Positions 50,613 to 60,713 are shown, counted from the stretch's first letter. The stretch is 64,000 nt of DNA from Burkholderiales bacterium (GCA_028379895.1 JAOEKQ010000002.1:125104-189103); one strand, 5' to 3'. Notes: generated by a model not told the origin, from the sequence alone. Program-made: numbers and translations.

Positions 50613-50996
50613 ATGGCACAAAACAAAGATATGAGATTTAGTGATACACACCAATGGATTTCTACGCATAGTGAGGGTGTCGCGACAATTGGAATAAGTG
50701 ATTACGCCCAAGAGGCCTTGGGCGATGTTGTTTTTATTGATACCCCTTCGATAGGCGACAAATTTAAGGCTGGCGAGCAATTTGGTGTTATCGAGTCGGT
50801 AAAGACTGCATCTGACTTATTTATGCCGGTGGATGGGGAGGTCATAGCAATAAATGAACTATTGAGCGATCAACCTGAGTTGATTAACGAGGAGCCTCAT
50901 AAGGTATGGATACTCAAGCTGAGGATATCCGATGCCAGTCAAATTGATACGCTTAAGAGTGAAGATCAATACGTAATATTCTTGGGTCAGAACTAG
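50613..50996 (+). CDS. gcvH: Glycine cleavage H (lipoyl carrier) protein
   Basis: H.W, GISDYAQ.ALGDVVF, IESVKTASD (lipoyl Lys). Confidence 0.92.
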   Translation: MAQNKDMRFSDTHQWISTHSEGVATIGISDYAQEALGDVVFIDTPSIGDKFKAGEQFGVIESVKTASDLFMPVDGEVIAINELLSDQPELINEEPHKVWILKLRISDASQIDTLKSEDQYVIFLGQN

Positions 50997-51042
50997 ACCG
51001 TCTGAAGCTTTCGAAATATTCTAATAATCAACGGTGCAATTC

Positions 51043-51129
51043 ATGAAAATTAAACTAACAATTATTGAAAGACTGTTGCTTACTGCAGTTTTAGGTTTGC
51101 TTTTGAAGTTTCTCTCTTTGCAGTTGTAA
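51043..51129 (+). CDS. Possible small hydrophobic peptide (28 aa)
   Basis: Manual translation MKIKLTIIERLLLTAVLGLLLKFLSLQL*; no homology recognised. Confidence 0.2.
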   Translation: MKIKLTIIERLLLTAVLGLLLKFLSLQL

Positions 51130-51145
51130 GAGTTATGCTTAAACT

Positions 51146-51973
51146 CTATCGCCTATAAACGGAGGACTGGAGGGGTAATCCATTACTTAGATATGAATGA
51201 AAGTACTCTAAATTATTAAGTTCTTCGCTGCCGGACTCGAAGGGCACTGCACCTACTGCCTCCATACAACGCTGGTATCTCATTTGCAGTGTATAAAGGC
51301 GCTCGCCACCTCGAAACACAGGAAAGTGGACGGCTTGCCCGATGGTTGGGGATAACAGTTCATCTCGAAAATAGCGTCCACCATTGGTTAGATGACAAGA
51401 AGCACACGCTAAATTGTACTGACCAATTCGTCTGAAATAGAGTGATTTTCCAAGTTCGTATTTATCTGTTGCAGGCTTACTTGTCACTTCAATTTCCATA
51501 AGCATTCCGTCTGACAGACTCCTGGCATAAGCACTTAGTGCTCCCATTGTCTCAGGGTCAACATAAGCCATCTGCATTTCCCCATTTTGCTCAAGGCAGA
51601 AATTGAGTGTCATTTCAAATGTGATGACTCGTCTTTGCTCCTCGTTGTAGATGGGAAATCTACCAGCAATATCCACCCCACCATTTTCGAAGCAATCAGA
51701 GAAAGTATTGCCGTTTTTAAACGGTGTTTCCCAGATTGTTTGCCCACGATCAATAACGTCTTGGAAGGGCGGAAAGTCCATAATGCTGTTGTATTGACTC
51801 AGTGCATCCTCGCTTAACATCATTGAGCCATGGACATATTGCGACACTGGAACGTCAGGTATATTCACAGCGAATGTCGATAAGAACATTGCTTTATCAT
51901 CTTCGGGAGTACCCCAAGCATATGTATGGGTGGTTACAAACAGAAGTGTTGCGATGTGAAGTAGTAGGCGCAT
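51146..51973 (-). CDS. soxA: Sulfur oxidation c-type cytochrome SoxA (monoheme)
   Basis: Signal peptide, single CASCH heme site, FSDCF/LNFC cysteines at the lost heme-1 site, RYQRC active-site Cys, LEYF..YLSNG. Confidence 0.9.
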   Translation of the reverse strand: MRLLLHIATLLFVTTHTYAWGTPEDDKAMFLSTFAVNIPDVPVSQYVHGSMMLSEDALSQYNSIMDFPPFQDVIDRGQTIWETPFKNGNTFSDCFENGGVDIAGRFPIYNEEQRRVITFEMTLNFCLEQNGEMQMAYVDPETMGALSAYARSLSDGMLMEIEVTSKPATDKYELGKSLYFRRIGQYNLACASCHLTNGGRYFRDELLSPTIGQAVHFPVFRGGERLYTLQMRYQRCMEAVGAVPFESGSEELNNLEYFHSYLSNGLPLQSSVYRR

Positions 51974-51987
51974 AACATTCAGTCCGA

Positions 51988-52302
51988 TTAGGAAATCGTT
52001 GCCGTCCCAACCCCCGATTTCCCCATGTTGTCGTTCCAAACGATCTTAAATTCGTCACCCTTTGATACGTTGGGTACACGAAAGTTTAAGTAGGGATTTT
52101 TTGACACAGATCGACTCCAGTGTACTTGCATAATCTGCTTTCCGTTATGAGCAATATTTACTGTTTGGATGAAGTGCTTGGGAATAATCTCCCTAGAATT
52201 TTTATCTCTTCTATATCCCGTTTCCATCGGGTGAAAAATCATTACTTTGACGTCTGCCGTGTCGTCTTTGACTCTAATTCTGAATCGTACCGTTTTATCC
52301 AT
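51988..52302 (-). CDS. soxZ: Thiosulfate oxidation carrier protein SoxZ
   Basis: VKVMIFHPMETG.R.D, HFI, SVSKNPY, W.DN.G. Confidence 0.93.
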   Translation of the reverse strand: MDKTVRFRIRVKDDTADVKVMIFHPMETGYRRDKNSREIIPKHFIQTVNIAHNGKQIMQVHWSRSVSKNPYLNFRVPNVSKGDEFKIVWNDNMGKSGVGTATIS

Positions 52303-52323
52303 TCTTGTACTTATTCCTCAAAA

Positions 52324-52791
52324 TTACTCTTCACCACACCCGCCTATTGTTACCTTGACTTGGCGTGAAGCTCTATAAAAGGTTCCGTTGGCTAAAACGA
52401 TGACATGCACGAAAGCTGTTTCACTCATTTTTATACGAGACGCGGCAAACGGCTCTACCCCGTCAGTAATGATGTAATCTGATACTAAAGGTTGGGGATT
52501 TTTCTCAGCAAAAACAAAAATTCTCTCCGTGTTCATCACTTTGCTATGCACTGTGATGGGAACAATCGCACCATTTTCCGCGATTTCTGGTAACGAAAGC
52601 TCGATAACATCATTTGCTTCTATGAGGTTCCCTGGATTCGTAATTCCAATGCTGAAAAATGACTCAGTAATATCAACTTTGTTGTACGCATTGTCATCCC
52701 ACCGAGAAAGCACTTTGGTGGGAACCATCAAAGAGCCGATCAATACAAGAGCAGAGTGGAGAAATACACGACGTTCTTTTGTTAATCTCAT
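52324..52791 (-). CDS. soxY: Thiosulfate oxidation carrier protein SoxY
   Basis: Tat signal RRVFL, PEIAENG..VP, KNP.P, RIKM, VKVTIGGCG(EE). Confidence 0.93.
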   Translation of the reverse strand: MRLTKERRVFLHSALVLIGSLMVPTKVLSRWDDNAYNKVDITESFFSIGITNPGNLIEANDVIELSLPEIAENGAIVPITVHSKVMNTERIFVFAEKNPQPLVSDYIITDGVEPFAASRIKMSETAFVHVIVLANGTFYRASRQVKVTIGGCGEE

Positions 52792-52796
52792 GGATA

Positions 52797-53177
52797 TTAC
52801 AAAGTGTATAAATAATTTATGATTTTACGTATTTCTGTTTCGGAGAGGATATTATTTGCTCCGAAGGGCGGCATGATTGTTTCTGGATAAGTGTCACGCG
52901 CATCCCAAATTTGCTTGAAAAGTGCATCTTTTGATGGAAATCGACGTTTCATATCTATGAATGGAGGACCGATGTTCGCAAGGGTGACCGCTTTTTTATC
53001 CGCTGGAGCACTATGGCATGCTAAACAGTTGCCGTGATCGTAGCTGTGAGTAAGTTCACGGCCAGTTAGAGGCGGACCAGGCGCTGCGCTAGCGTAATTA
53101 ACGATGGAGGTGAATAAAAAAATCGACGTGCCCAAGATTAGTGTTACTCGGTTAGCTTGTTGATATTTTCTTTTCAT
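52797..53177 (-). CDS. soxX: Sulfur oxidation c-type cytochrome SoxX
   Basis: GNCLACH, NIGPP, QIWD, TIMPPFG. Confidence 0.9.
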   Translation of the reverse strand: MKRKYQQANRVTLILGTSIFLFTSIVNYASAAPGPPLTGRELTHSYDHGNCLACHSAPADKKAVTLANIGPPFIDMKRRFPSKDALFKQIWDARDTYPETIMPPFGANNILSETEIRKIINYLYTL

Positions 53178-53219
53178 ACAGGCTTCGAAACCCTGGAGTC
53201 GTTAAAAGTTCCTAATGGA

Positions 53220-53699
53220 TCAATCTTCGGCAATCCATGTTCCGGATTTTCCGCCGCTTTTTTCTTTTAAACCAAGTTTGCTAATGGTCATCCCGCGGTC
53301 CACTGCCTTACACATGTCGTAGATGGTCAGCAGCCCCACAGATACCGCTGTTAACGCTTCCATTTCAACTCCGGTTTTACCTCGTGTTTCCACCGTTGCT
53401 GTGCAGACTACAGAATTTAAGCTATTTTGAATTTCAAAATCAGCAGTTACCCGTGTAATGGCTAGAGGGTGACAGAGTGGAATTAAATCCGAAGTCCTTT
53501 TTGATGCCTGTATTGCAGCAATCCGGGCGACTCCGAGTACATCTCCCTTCTTTGACTCTCCTGACTGAATCAGTGAAAGGGTTTCGGGACACATCGTGAT
53601 GGTGCCGCTTGCGATGGCCACGCGTTTAGTTTCTTTTTTATCACCTACGTCAACCATGTGGGCTTGTCCAGCCCCATCAAAATGGGTTAAGTCACTCAA
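53220..53699 (-). CDS. moaC: Cyclic pyranopterin monophosphate synthase
   Basis: [41 protein letters not shown] start. Confidence 0.96.
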   Translation of the reverse strand: MSDLTHFDGAGQAHMVDVGDKKETKRVAIASGTITMCPETLSLIQSGESKKGDVLGVARIAAIQASKRTSDLIPLCHPLAITRVTADFEIQNSLNSVVCTATVETRGKTGVEMEALTAVSVGLLTIYDMCKAVDRGMTISKLGLKEKSGGKSGTWIAED

Positions 53700-53753
53700 T
53701 TTACTGTGTCCTAATATATTAATGCTTATTAAAAATTTTGATGATATAAAGTT

Positions 53754-55235
53754 ATGAAGTATTCATCTAGCGTTTATGATAGCACTGTGACTCAAAGACT
53801 TTCATTAAAAATTCTCTTGTTGGTTATTAGCGTATGTAGCGCTGTTCATGCGCAAGAGCTACCTGATTTAGGGGACCCGTTCCGAGATGATTTTTCTTTG
53901 TTTGAAGAGCAAGTTGTTGGGGCTTCAATTATGGGTAAGATACGGTCGAGTGCCACGTACGTGGCAGACCCTGAAGTTTCTGAGTATATCAACCATCTTG
54001 GGTATCGTCTCGTTGCCAACAGTGAGTCTCCTAGCCAAGATTTCCAGTTCTTTGTGCTGACTAACTCTACTATCAACGCTTTTGCTCTCCCTGGCGGGTA
54101 TGTAGGTGTTCACTCCGGTCTAATTCTTCAATCAGATAATGAATCGATGCTCGCAGGGGTATTAAGTCATGAGGTGGCGCATGTAACGCAACGGCATATC
54201 GCGAGAGTCATCGCGGCACAAAGCAAAGCGCGTATTGGCTCTTTGGCCGCTATGGCGGCCGCTATCCTAGCTTCACGGTCCGGCGGAGATGTGACGCAGG
54301 CTGCAGTGATGACCTCTGCCGCACTTCCGATGCAGACGCAATTAAGTTTTACCAGAGCTCACGAGAGAGAGGCAGATCGAATTGGGCTTCGTATATTGGA
54401 GAAAGCACAGTTCGACCCCCATCAAGTCCCGCTTTTTTTTAAATATTTACAGCGACAAGCGAGGCTTTATGAGTCAGGGATCCCTGAGTTTTTAAGAACT
54501 CACCCAATCACTTCCAACAGGGTGGCAGACGTAGAGGCACGTTTGGCTAATATGCCTCGTAAACAAGTCGAGGATAGCGTCGAATTATCGTTTATCAAAG
54601 CGCGACTAAGGGTCTACCAAGGCGGCTTTTTGGGCGCTTCAAGGATATTCGAGGAGCAAATGCAGTCGCAAAATAAAATAATGAAGCTGGCCGGCATGTA
54701 CGGGTTGATCTTTTCAATAATCGAATCGAAGGATTTAAGCCTCATAAATCTTGAGAAAGCCCGAGAAATGTTGGATTTTTTGCTAAAAGCGGAGCCCGAG
54801 CACCCGATGTTATTGTCTTTACAGGCTGATTTTGAACGATCTTTTGGGGACCGAAATATTGCTGGGACAATTTATAATGACGCTTTGATACGTTACCCGT
54901 TTAGAAAATCTTTAGTTTATGGGTACGCTGAACTTCTGTTGTCGTTTAAAGAGTATGTCGAATTGGAAAGCATGATGTCAGGGCTTCTAATAGGTTCTGA
55001 TGTCAAAAATCCAAAACTTTACGAATTTAGAGCAAAAGCATATAGCGGACTGAATCAGAAAATGGCGATGCATAGGGATTATGCAGAGGTTCTTGCTTTG
55101 AACGGGAATTTGGTTGCGGCCATTAATGAGCTTCTCTTGGCTCAGAAGGTAACCGATGGTGACTTTTTTCTCCGAACATCAGTAGATTCCCGCTTAAAGG
55201 AGCTAAGAGAAGTTCAGCAGGCGTTACGTCAATAA
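53754..55235 (+). CDS. bepA: M48 family periplasmic metalloprotease/chaperone with TPR
   Basis: [31 protein letters not shown]. Confidence 0.9.
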   Translation: MKYSSSVYDSTVTQRLSLKILLLVISVCSAVHAQELPDLGDPFRDDFSLFEEQVVGASIMGKIRSSATYVADPEVSEYINHLGYRLVANSESPSQDFQFFVLTNSTINAFALPGGYVGVHSGLILQSDNESMLAGVLSHEVAHVTQRHIARVIAAQSKARIGSLAAMAAAILASRSGGDVTQAAVMTSAALPMQTQLSFTRAHEREADRIGLRILEKAQFDPHQVPLFFKYLQRQARLYESGIPEFLRTHPITSNRVADVEARLANMPRKQVEDSVELSFIKARLRVYQGGFLGASRIFEEQMQSQNKIMKLAGMYGLIFSIIESKDLSLINLEKAREMLDFLLKAEPEHPMLLSLQADFERSFGDRNIAGTIYNDALIRYPFRKSLVYGYAELLLSFKEYVELESMMSGLLIGSDVKNPKLYEFRAKAYSGLNQKMAMHRDYAEVLALNGNLVAAINELLLAQKVTDGDFFLRTSVDSRLKELREVQQALRQ

Positions 55236-55294
55236 TTTGAACGTAATATGAATCTCACAGACAAAGAAACGATGCACTATAAGGATGTTATGTG

Positions 55295-55918
55295 ATGTCA
55301 TTTTTAGATCGAATAATTGAAGAGGTAGATCAGGGCTTAAGGGTTTTGTCAGGAACTGTGCTAGCACAACGCAATTTAGACTTTCATGGTTCTGATGTGA
55401 ATCTTACTGACGAGCAAAAGAAAGTTTCGGCTAGCTTAATGCGCGTGAATCATACAGGCGAAGTTTGTGCCCAAGCACTCTACTTGGGGCAGGCGTCGGC
55501 AGAGAAAAATATCGACATTAAGGCTGAGCTGACCCAATCAGCAAATGAGGAGTTGGATCACCTCGTTTGGACTCAGCTCAGAATTGACGAGCTTGGCGGA
55601 AGAACTAGTTTTCTTAATCCATTTTTTTACGGTGGCTCGTTCGCCATTGGTGTGATTGCTGGATTATCTGGAACTAAGAGAAGTCTAGGTTTTCTACAAG
55701 AGACAGAACGCCAAGTAGAGGCTCATTTGACCGAATATCTCGGCCGCATTTCTGTCGATGATGAGCGGAGTCGCGCGATGATGGCGAAAATGAGGGAAGA
55801 GGAGCGAAGCCACGCGAATAAAGCTGAACTTCTCGGGGCTGAGCCATTGCCTAAGCCTGTACGGCTCGTTATGAGACTGATGTCAAAAATTATGACTAAA
55901 TCAACTCTATATGTTTAG
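55295..55918 (+). CDS. coq7: Di-iron demethoxyubiquinone hydroxylase
   Basis: LMRVNHTGEVCAQALY.GQ, EELDHL, ETE.QVE.HL, EE..H. Confidence 0.93.
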   Translation: MSFLDRIIEEVDQGLRVLSGTVLAQRNLDFHGSDVNLTDEQKKVSASLMRVNHTGEVCAQALYLGQASAEKNIDIKAELTQSANEELDHLVWTQLRIDELGGRTSFLNPFFYGGSFAIGVIAGLSGTKRSLGFLQETERQVEAHLTEYLGRISVDDERSRAMMAKMREEERSHANKAELLGAEPLPKPVRLVMRLMSKIMTKSTLYV

Positions 55919-55936
55919 TGAGGCGTGCTTTTCTTC

Positions 55937-56359
55937 TCAGTCGGAGGTGCTATGAATTTCGTAGTCATGGGTAATGCGTGCTGATTTGCCAAGCATGATG
56001 GAGGCAGAACAGTACTTATCCGCAGACAGATTGATCGCGCGCTCGACAACGTTTTTTTTCAAATCGTGGCCGGTTATTTTAAAAAGTAAGTGTATTGACG
56101 TGAAGATTTTTGGATCGGTTTCTGCTCTTTTTGCATCAATCTCCAAGGAAAGGTCTGTAATTTTTTGACGAGACTTGCGTAAAATCGTTACGACATCATA
56201 AGCGCTACATCCGCCTAGCCCCATTAAAAGCATTTCCATTGGGCGAGCGCCAAGATTTCTGCCTCCAGCTTCCGTGGCTCCATCCATCGTCAAGGAGTGA
56301 CCACTGCCGCTGAAGGCTTCAAAAGCTACGCCATCTTTTAAATGTATTTGAGTTTTCAT
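55937..56359 (-). CDS. OsmC/YhfA family protein
   Basis: RPMEMLL.GLGGC, S.DKYCSAS. Confidence 0.92.
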   Translation of the reverse strand: MKTQIHLKDGVAFEAFSGSGHSLTMDGATEAGGRNLGARPMEMLLMGLGGCSAYDVVTILRKSRQKITDLSLEIDAKRAETDPKIFTSIHLLFKITGHDLKKNVVERAINLSADKYCSASIMLGKSARITHDYEIHSTSD

Positions 56360-56577
56360 TACCTGATTTTAGTTTTAAATCGTTTTTAAATCGAGCAATT
56401 TGCAGGATTTTTGTTAATTTACAATTGCGGCAGACGCATATAGAAAAATAATGCATATAATCAGAAGTTTATAGCGTTTATACTGGATTTATTTTTGCAC
56501 TAAAGTGTATAATCAGGGTTTTTGTAATGTTGCAACTAATTCGCTCAGCTGAAGGGCTGAGTCGGGGAGAAAAAAGC

Positions 56578-57174
56578 TTGAGTTCTGAAAAATCAGTGAA
56601 TGAGCAGCGCCGTATGCTTGTTGTTTCGACTGGAGCGGTGGGCGCAGCAGGGGCTTTAGCTGCGGTGTCTACTCTTCTTATGAGTATGGCCCCAAGCGAG
56701 CGAGCCAAGGCAGCTGGGGCTCCTGTTGAAGTCGACCTAGCGAAGTTAGAGCCCGGAATGCTCATTACAGAGGAGTGGCGCGGAAAACCGGTTTGGATTC
56801 TTCACCGGACTGACGATATGCTCAGTAAGTTGGGTGAAACAAAGGATCTTGTTTCGGACCCAGACTCCAAGCTACCGATGCAACCTGAATATGCTACAAA
56901 TGTCGAGCGGTCAATCAAGCCAGAGTATCTTGTTTTAGTGGGAATTTGTACCCATCTCGGCTGTTCTCCAACTCAAAAGCTTGAAGCCGGAGAGGCTTCT
57001 GGACTGGGGGCTGATTGGAGCGGCGGATTTTTTTGTCCATGTCATGGTTCTAAGTTTGATCTCGCTGGACGAGTTTACAAAGGTGTGCCGGCTCCTGCCA
57101 ATCTCGAAGTTCCACCACACCAATTTTTATCCGATTCCCGATTATTAATCGGGGACGATGCAGCCAGGAGTTAA
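56578..57174 (+). CDS. petA: Ubiquinol-cytochrome c reductase Rieske subunit
   Basis: Tat RR, CTHLGC, CPCHGS. TTG start after a GGAGA RBS. Confidence 0.95.
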   Translation: MSSEKSVNEQRRMLVVSTGAVGAAGALAAVSTLLMSMAPSERAKAAGAPVEVDLAKLEPGMLITEEWRGKPVWILHRTDDMLSKLGETKDLVSDPDSKLPMQPEYATNVERSIKPEYLVLVGICTHLGCSPTQKLEAGEASGLGADWSGGFFCPCHGSKFDLAGRVYKGVPAPANLEVPPHQFLSDSRLLIGDDAARS

Positions 57175-57178
57175 AGCG

Positions 57179-58432
57179 ATGCTAACACCAGTGACGACGT
57201 GGATTGACGAGCGTTTCCCGATGAGCAAAATGGTTCGGGAGCACTTGACAGAATATTATGCGCCGAAGAATTTTAATTTTTGGTATTTCTTCGGTGGATT
57301 AGCGATATTTGTATTGGGTATACAAATTCTCTCCGGAATCTTTTTAACAATGCACTACAAGCCTGATGCCGATAAGGCATTCGCCTCTGTTGAGTACATC
57401 ATGAGAGACGTTCCTCTCGGGTGGTTGATTCGATACGTTCATTCCACCGGAGCGTCACTGTTTTTTGTAGTCATTTACCTTCATATGTTTAGGGCGCTTC
57501 TCTACGGCTCTTACCGTAAACCAAGAGAGTTATTATGGATTTTCGGGATGGTGATTTACTTGTGTTTAATGGCGGAAGCGTTTTTCGGATACTTATTACC
57601 CTGGGGGCAGATGTCCTACTGGGGCGCACAAGTAATTGTGAATTTATTTGGTGCGGTGCCGTTGATTGGTCCTGATCTTGCGGTGTGGATCCGTGGAGAT
57701 TATGTTGTTTCTGACGCCACTCTTAGCAGATTTTTTGCTCTTCACGTGATCGCGGTTCCCATAGCATTACTAGGGCTAGTCGTCGCACATATTCTATCTC
57801 TACACGAAGTCGGATCCAATAATCCGGATGGCATTGATATTAAGAAAAACAAAGACCCAATATCAGGTAAGCCTTTGGATGGAATTCCATTTCATCCTTA
57901 CTACACGGTCAAAGATATTTTTGGTCTTGTGATTTTTATGATCATATTTGCCTTCATTGTGTTCTTTGCGCCGGAAATGGGCGGATATTTTCTAGAGCAT
58001 AACAACTTTATTCCAGCAGATCCGTTAAAGACGCCTGATCACATTGCGCCGGTTTGGTATTTCACGCCGTTTTATTCGATCTTGAGAGCTGTCCCACCCA
58101 TGTTTGGGTCTCAATTCCCCGGAGTTTTAGCAATGGGCGGTGCTGTAGTGATTTTATTTTTCTTACCTTGGCTCGACAGAAGTCCAGTCCGATCAATAAG
58201 GTACAAAGGACCGCTTTTTAAAATTTCACTGACTATCTTTGTTGCATCCTTTTTATTGTTAGGATATTTGGGATTGAAGCCTACTAACATATGGGGCCAA
58301 CTTGGGGGCGCCGATGTAGCTACGGTAGTGGCTCAACTTTGTACAGTGTTGTATTTCATGTTTTTCATATCCTTGCCGATTGTCTCAATACTCGATCGAA
58401 CCAAGGTAGAGCCAGATCGGGTGACGTCATGA
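57179..58432 (+). CDS. petB: Cytochrome b of the bc1 complex
   Basis: YYAPKNFN, heme His residues, PWGQMSYWG, PVWY. Confidence 0.97.
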   Translation: MLTPVTTWIDERFPMSKMVREHLTEYYAPKNFNFWYFFGGLAIFVLGIQILSGIFLTMHYKPDADKAFASVEYIMRDVPLGWLIRYVHSTGASLFFVVIYLHMFRALLYGSYRKPRELLWIFGMVIYLCLMAEAFFGYLLPWGQMSYWGAQVIVNLFGAVPLIGPDLAVWIRGDYVVSDATLSRFFALHVIAVPIALLGLVVAHILSLHEVGSNNPDGIDIKKNKDPISGKPLDGIPFHPYYTVKDIFGLVIFMIIFAFIVFFAPEMGGYFLEHNNFIPADPLKTPDHIAPVWYFTPFYSILRAVPPMFGSQFPGVLAMGGAVVILFFLPWLDRSPVRSIRYKGPLFKISLTIFVASFLLLGYLGLKPTNIWGQLGGADVATVVAQLCTVLYFMFFISLPIVSILDRTKVEPDRVTS

Positions 58433-59151
58433 AGACAATTATGATCGTTATTTGGAGCGTGTTATGTTGCTCGGGTGTGGCGGCGGCAGCGGGTGGTGGT
58501 TATAGTCTTAATAACGCTAACATTGATACAACTGACGCCGAATCTTTGCAAAGGGGCGCGAAGATATTTGCTGACAGGTGTCTCAGCTGTCATGCGGCGA
58601 CGTTTATGCGATATAACCGACTCGCCGATATAGGATTGTCTCAGGGACAGATAAAGCAGTACTTTATTGCGGATGATTCTGTGAAAGTTGGTGACACCAT
58701 GAAAAGCGCTATCGACGCTTCGACGGCAAAGCAAATGTTTGGAGTTACTCCACCAGATTTGTCTGTGGTTTCACGGTCGAGAGGCTCTGACTGGCTATAT
58801 ACTTATTTCATAAGTTTCTACAAAGATGAGGCGACAACGACTGGGTGGAATAATCGTATTTTCCCGAATGTTGCAATGCCTAATGTTTTTTCTCAGGAGC
58901 AGGGTGTTCTGCGAGCCGTGTACGCTAAAGACGATAAGTCTATTGTCAGCTTACAACGTGAAACAGAAGGCACGTTAACTTCGAGAGCTTTTGATGATTC
59001 CATGCTGGATTTGACTAATTTTCTGGTGTTTATGGGAGAGCCAGCAGCAGAAAAACGAAAGCAGATTGGTAGTCTTGTAATCATTTTCCTTATTTTTTTC
59101 GCCTTTATGGCATGGGCTGTTAAACGGGAGTTTTGGAAAGACGTGCATTAA
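58429..59151 (+). CDS. petC: Cytochrome c1
   Basis: SLQRGA, CLSCH, PPDLS, AMP, C-terminal TM and WKDVH. Confidence 0.95.
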   Translation: MKTIMIVIWSVLCCSGVAAAAGGGYSLNNANIDTTDAESLQRGAKIFADRCLSCHAATFMRYNRLADIGLSQGQIKQYFIADDSVKVGDTMKSAIDASTAKQMFGVTPPDLSVVSRSRGSDWLYTYFISFYKDEATTTGWNNRIFPNVAMPNVFSQEQGVLRAVYAKDDKSIVSLQRETEGTLTSRAFDDSMLDLTNFLVFMGEPAAEKRKQIGSLVIIFLIFFAFMAWAVKREFWKDVH

Positions 59152-59199
59152 TAAATATAAGCGCTAATAAAGACGTAAATTATAAAGGGGACAATAAAA

Positions 59200-59799
59200 A
59201 TGATGACGCTCTACTCGGGCACTACGTGCCCTTTCAGTCACAGGTGCAGGATTGTTTTATTCGAAAAGGGAATGGATTTTCAGATTGTTGATGTTGATCT
59301 ATTCGATAAACCTGAAGATCTCGCTGTTATGAATCCTTACAACCAAACACCTGTTTTGGTTGAAAGGGATCTCGTTTTATATGAGTCTAATATTATCAAT
59401 GAATATATTGATGACAGGTTTCCCCATCCCCAATTGATGCCGGCAGATCCTGCACTCAAGGCTAGAGCGAGATTATTTTTATTTCGCTTTGAAGATGATC
59501 TGTTTTCACATATCCAATTAATTGAGTCGGGTACAGCTCGTCAGGCCGAACAGGCTCGAGTACAGGTTCGCGACAGTTTGATTCAAGTAGCGCCAGTTTT
59601 TTTACGGCAAAAATACATGTTGGGTGATGATTTTTCGATGCTGGATGTGGCGATCGCCCCGTTGCTTTGGAGGTTAGACCTCTACGGTATTCAGCTACCA
59701 AAACAGGCTGCACCGTTAATGAAATATGCTGAGCGACTATTTAGTCGCTCAGCTTTTGTTGAAGCCCTTACGCCCTCAGAAAAGGTGATGCGTAAGTGA
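59200..59799 (+). CDS. sspA: Stringent starvation protein A
   Basis: MMTLYSG.TCPFS, YESNIINEY.DDRFPHP, SE..MR; follows petC. Confidence 0.95.
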   Translation: MMTLYSGTTCPFSHRCRIVLFEKGMDFQIVDVDLFDKPEDLAVMNPYNQTPVLVERDLVLYESNIINEYIDDRFPHPQLMPADPALKARARLFLFRFEDDLFSHIQLIESGTARQAEQARVQVRDSLIQVAPVFLRQKYMLGDDFSMLDVAIAPLLWRLDLYGIQLPKQAAPLMKYAERLFSRSAFVEALTPSEKVMRK

Positions 59800-60203
59800 A
59801 GACGCTCGTTCCCACTACGTCCTATCTCATTCGCGCAATTTATGATTGGTGTTGCGATACTTCCCAGACGCCCTATGTTTCAGTGCGGGTATCAGAGGCA
59901 TCTAGTGTTCCTTTGGAACTTGTTCAGGACGGTGAGATTGTATTAAATATCGGTACAAGTGCTACCAGAGACTTACGTATTGATAACGAAGCAATAACGT
60001 TTTCTGCACGATTTGATTCCGTATCCCGAGAAATATTCATTGTGATCTCAGATGTGAAGGGAATTTTTTCTCGAGAATCTGGACAAGGACTTGGATTTAA
60101 CGTGGATGAGGTGGCGAAGCAGGAGAGTTCAAACACTATTGAGAAAGACCGGGTAAAAGCGGTCAACATTTCCTCAAAGCAAAGATTAAAAATCGTGAAG
60201 TAA
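59796..60203 (+). CDS. sspB: ClpXP adaptor SspB
   Basis: YLIRAIYDWC.D..TPY, IVLNI, F.ARF, C-terminal LKIVK ClpX-binding motif. Confidence 0.92.
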   Translation: MKTLVPTTSYLIRAIYDWCCDTSQTPYVSVRVSEASSVPLELVQDGEIVLNIGTSATRDLRIDNEAITFSARFDSVSREIFIVISDVKGIFSRESGQGLGFNVDEVAKQESSNTIEKDRVKAVNISSKQRLKIVK

Positions 60204-60246
60204 CCCATTTAATGTCCGAAGCATTTATAATTCTAAATTGGAATAA

Positions 60247-60322
<76 letters not shown>

Positions 60323-60350
60323 CAGTTTTAAACACCACCGGGAGGTCGTA

Positions 60351-60713
60351 ATGCTACTCACAGGCAATACTAAGAACCTATTGGGGTGTTCTGTAGGTAT
60401 GGCTTTTTGCTTTGTGTCAATTTCGAGTGTTACGGCTGCGGAGATGACTTTTGAGGATGCACAAATTCGCACTGTGCACGCTCGAAAGGCGATGGAAGAT
60501 AAGAAAAAAGAGCTGGATGTCTTTATCGAGGAGGCTCAAAAAAAACGCAGTGTGGTGACTAAACTTACGGCTCAATTGAAGTCCGCTCAAACTAAGCTTG
60601 ACGACGCTGAGGCGCAAGTCCTCAGCGTAGAGAAAGAATATGAAAATTTACAAAAGTCTTGGGCAGAAGAGGCAAAGAGACTTAAAGAAATTCATAAAAA
60701 AGAACGCCGTTAA
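60351..60713 (+). CDS. Hypothetical exported coiled-coil protein
   Basis: GGAGG RBS, signal-peptide-like N-terminus (..VTAA/E) and a continuous heptad-rich helix. Confidence 0.65.
   Translation: MLLTGNTKNLLGCSVGMAFCFVSISSVTAAEMTFEDAQIRTVHARKAMEDKKKELDVFIEEAQKKRSVVTKLTAQLKSAQTKLDDAEAQVLSVEKEYENLQKSWAEEAKRLKEIHKKERR

Noticed and set aside
51974-52039. N-terminal extensions in the ORF track for soxA (also petA, petC, hemC, sucD, GT4 24739)
   Set aside because: They overlap upstream genes or lack an RBS. Downstream starts give proper signal peptides or family N-termini.
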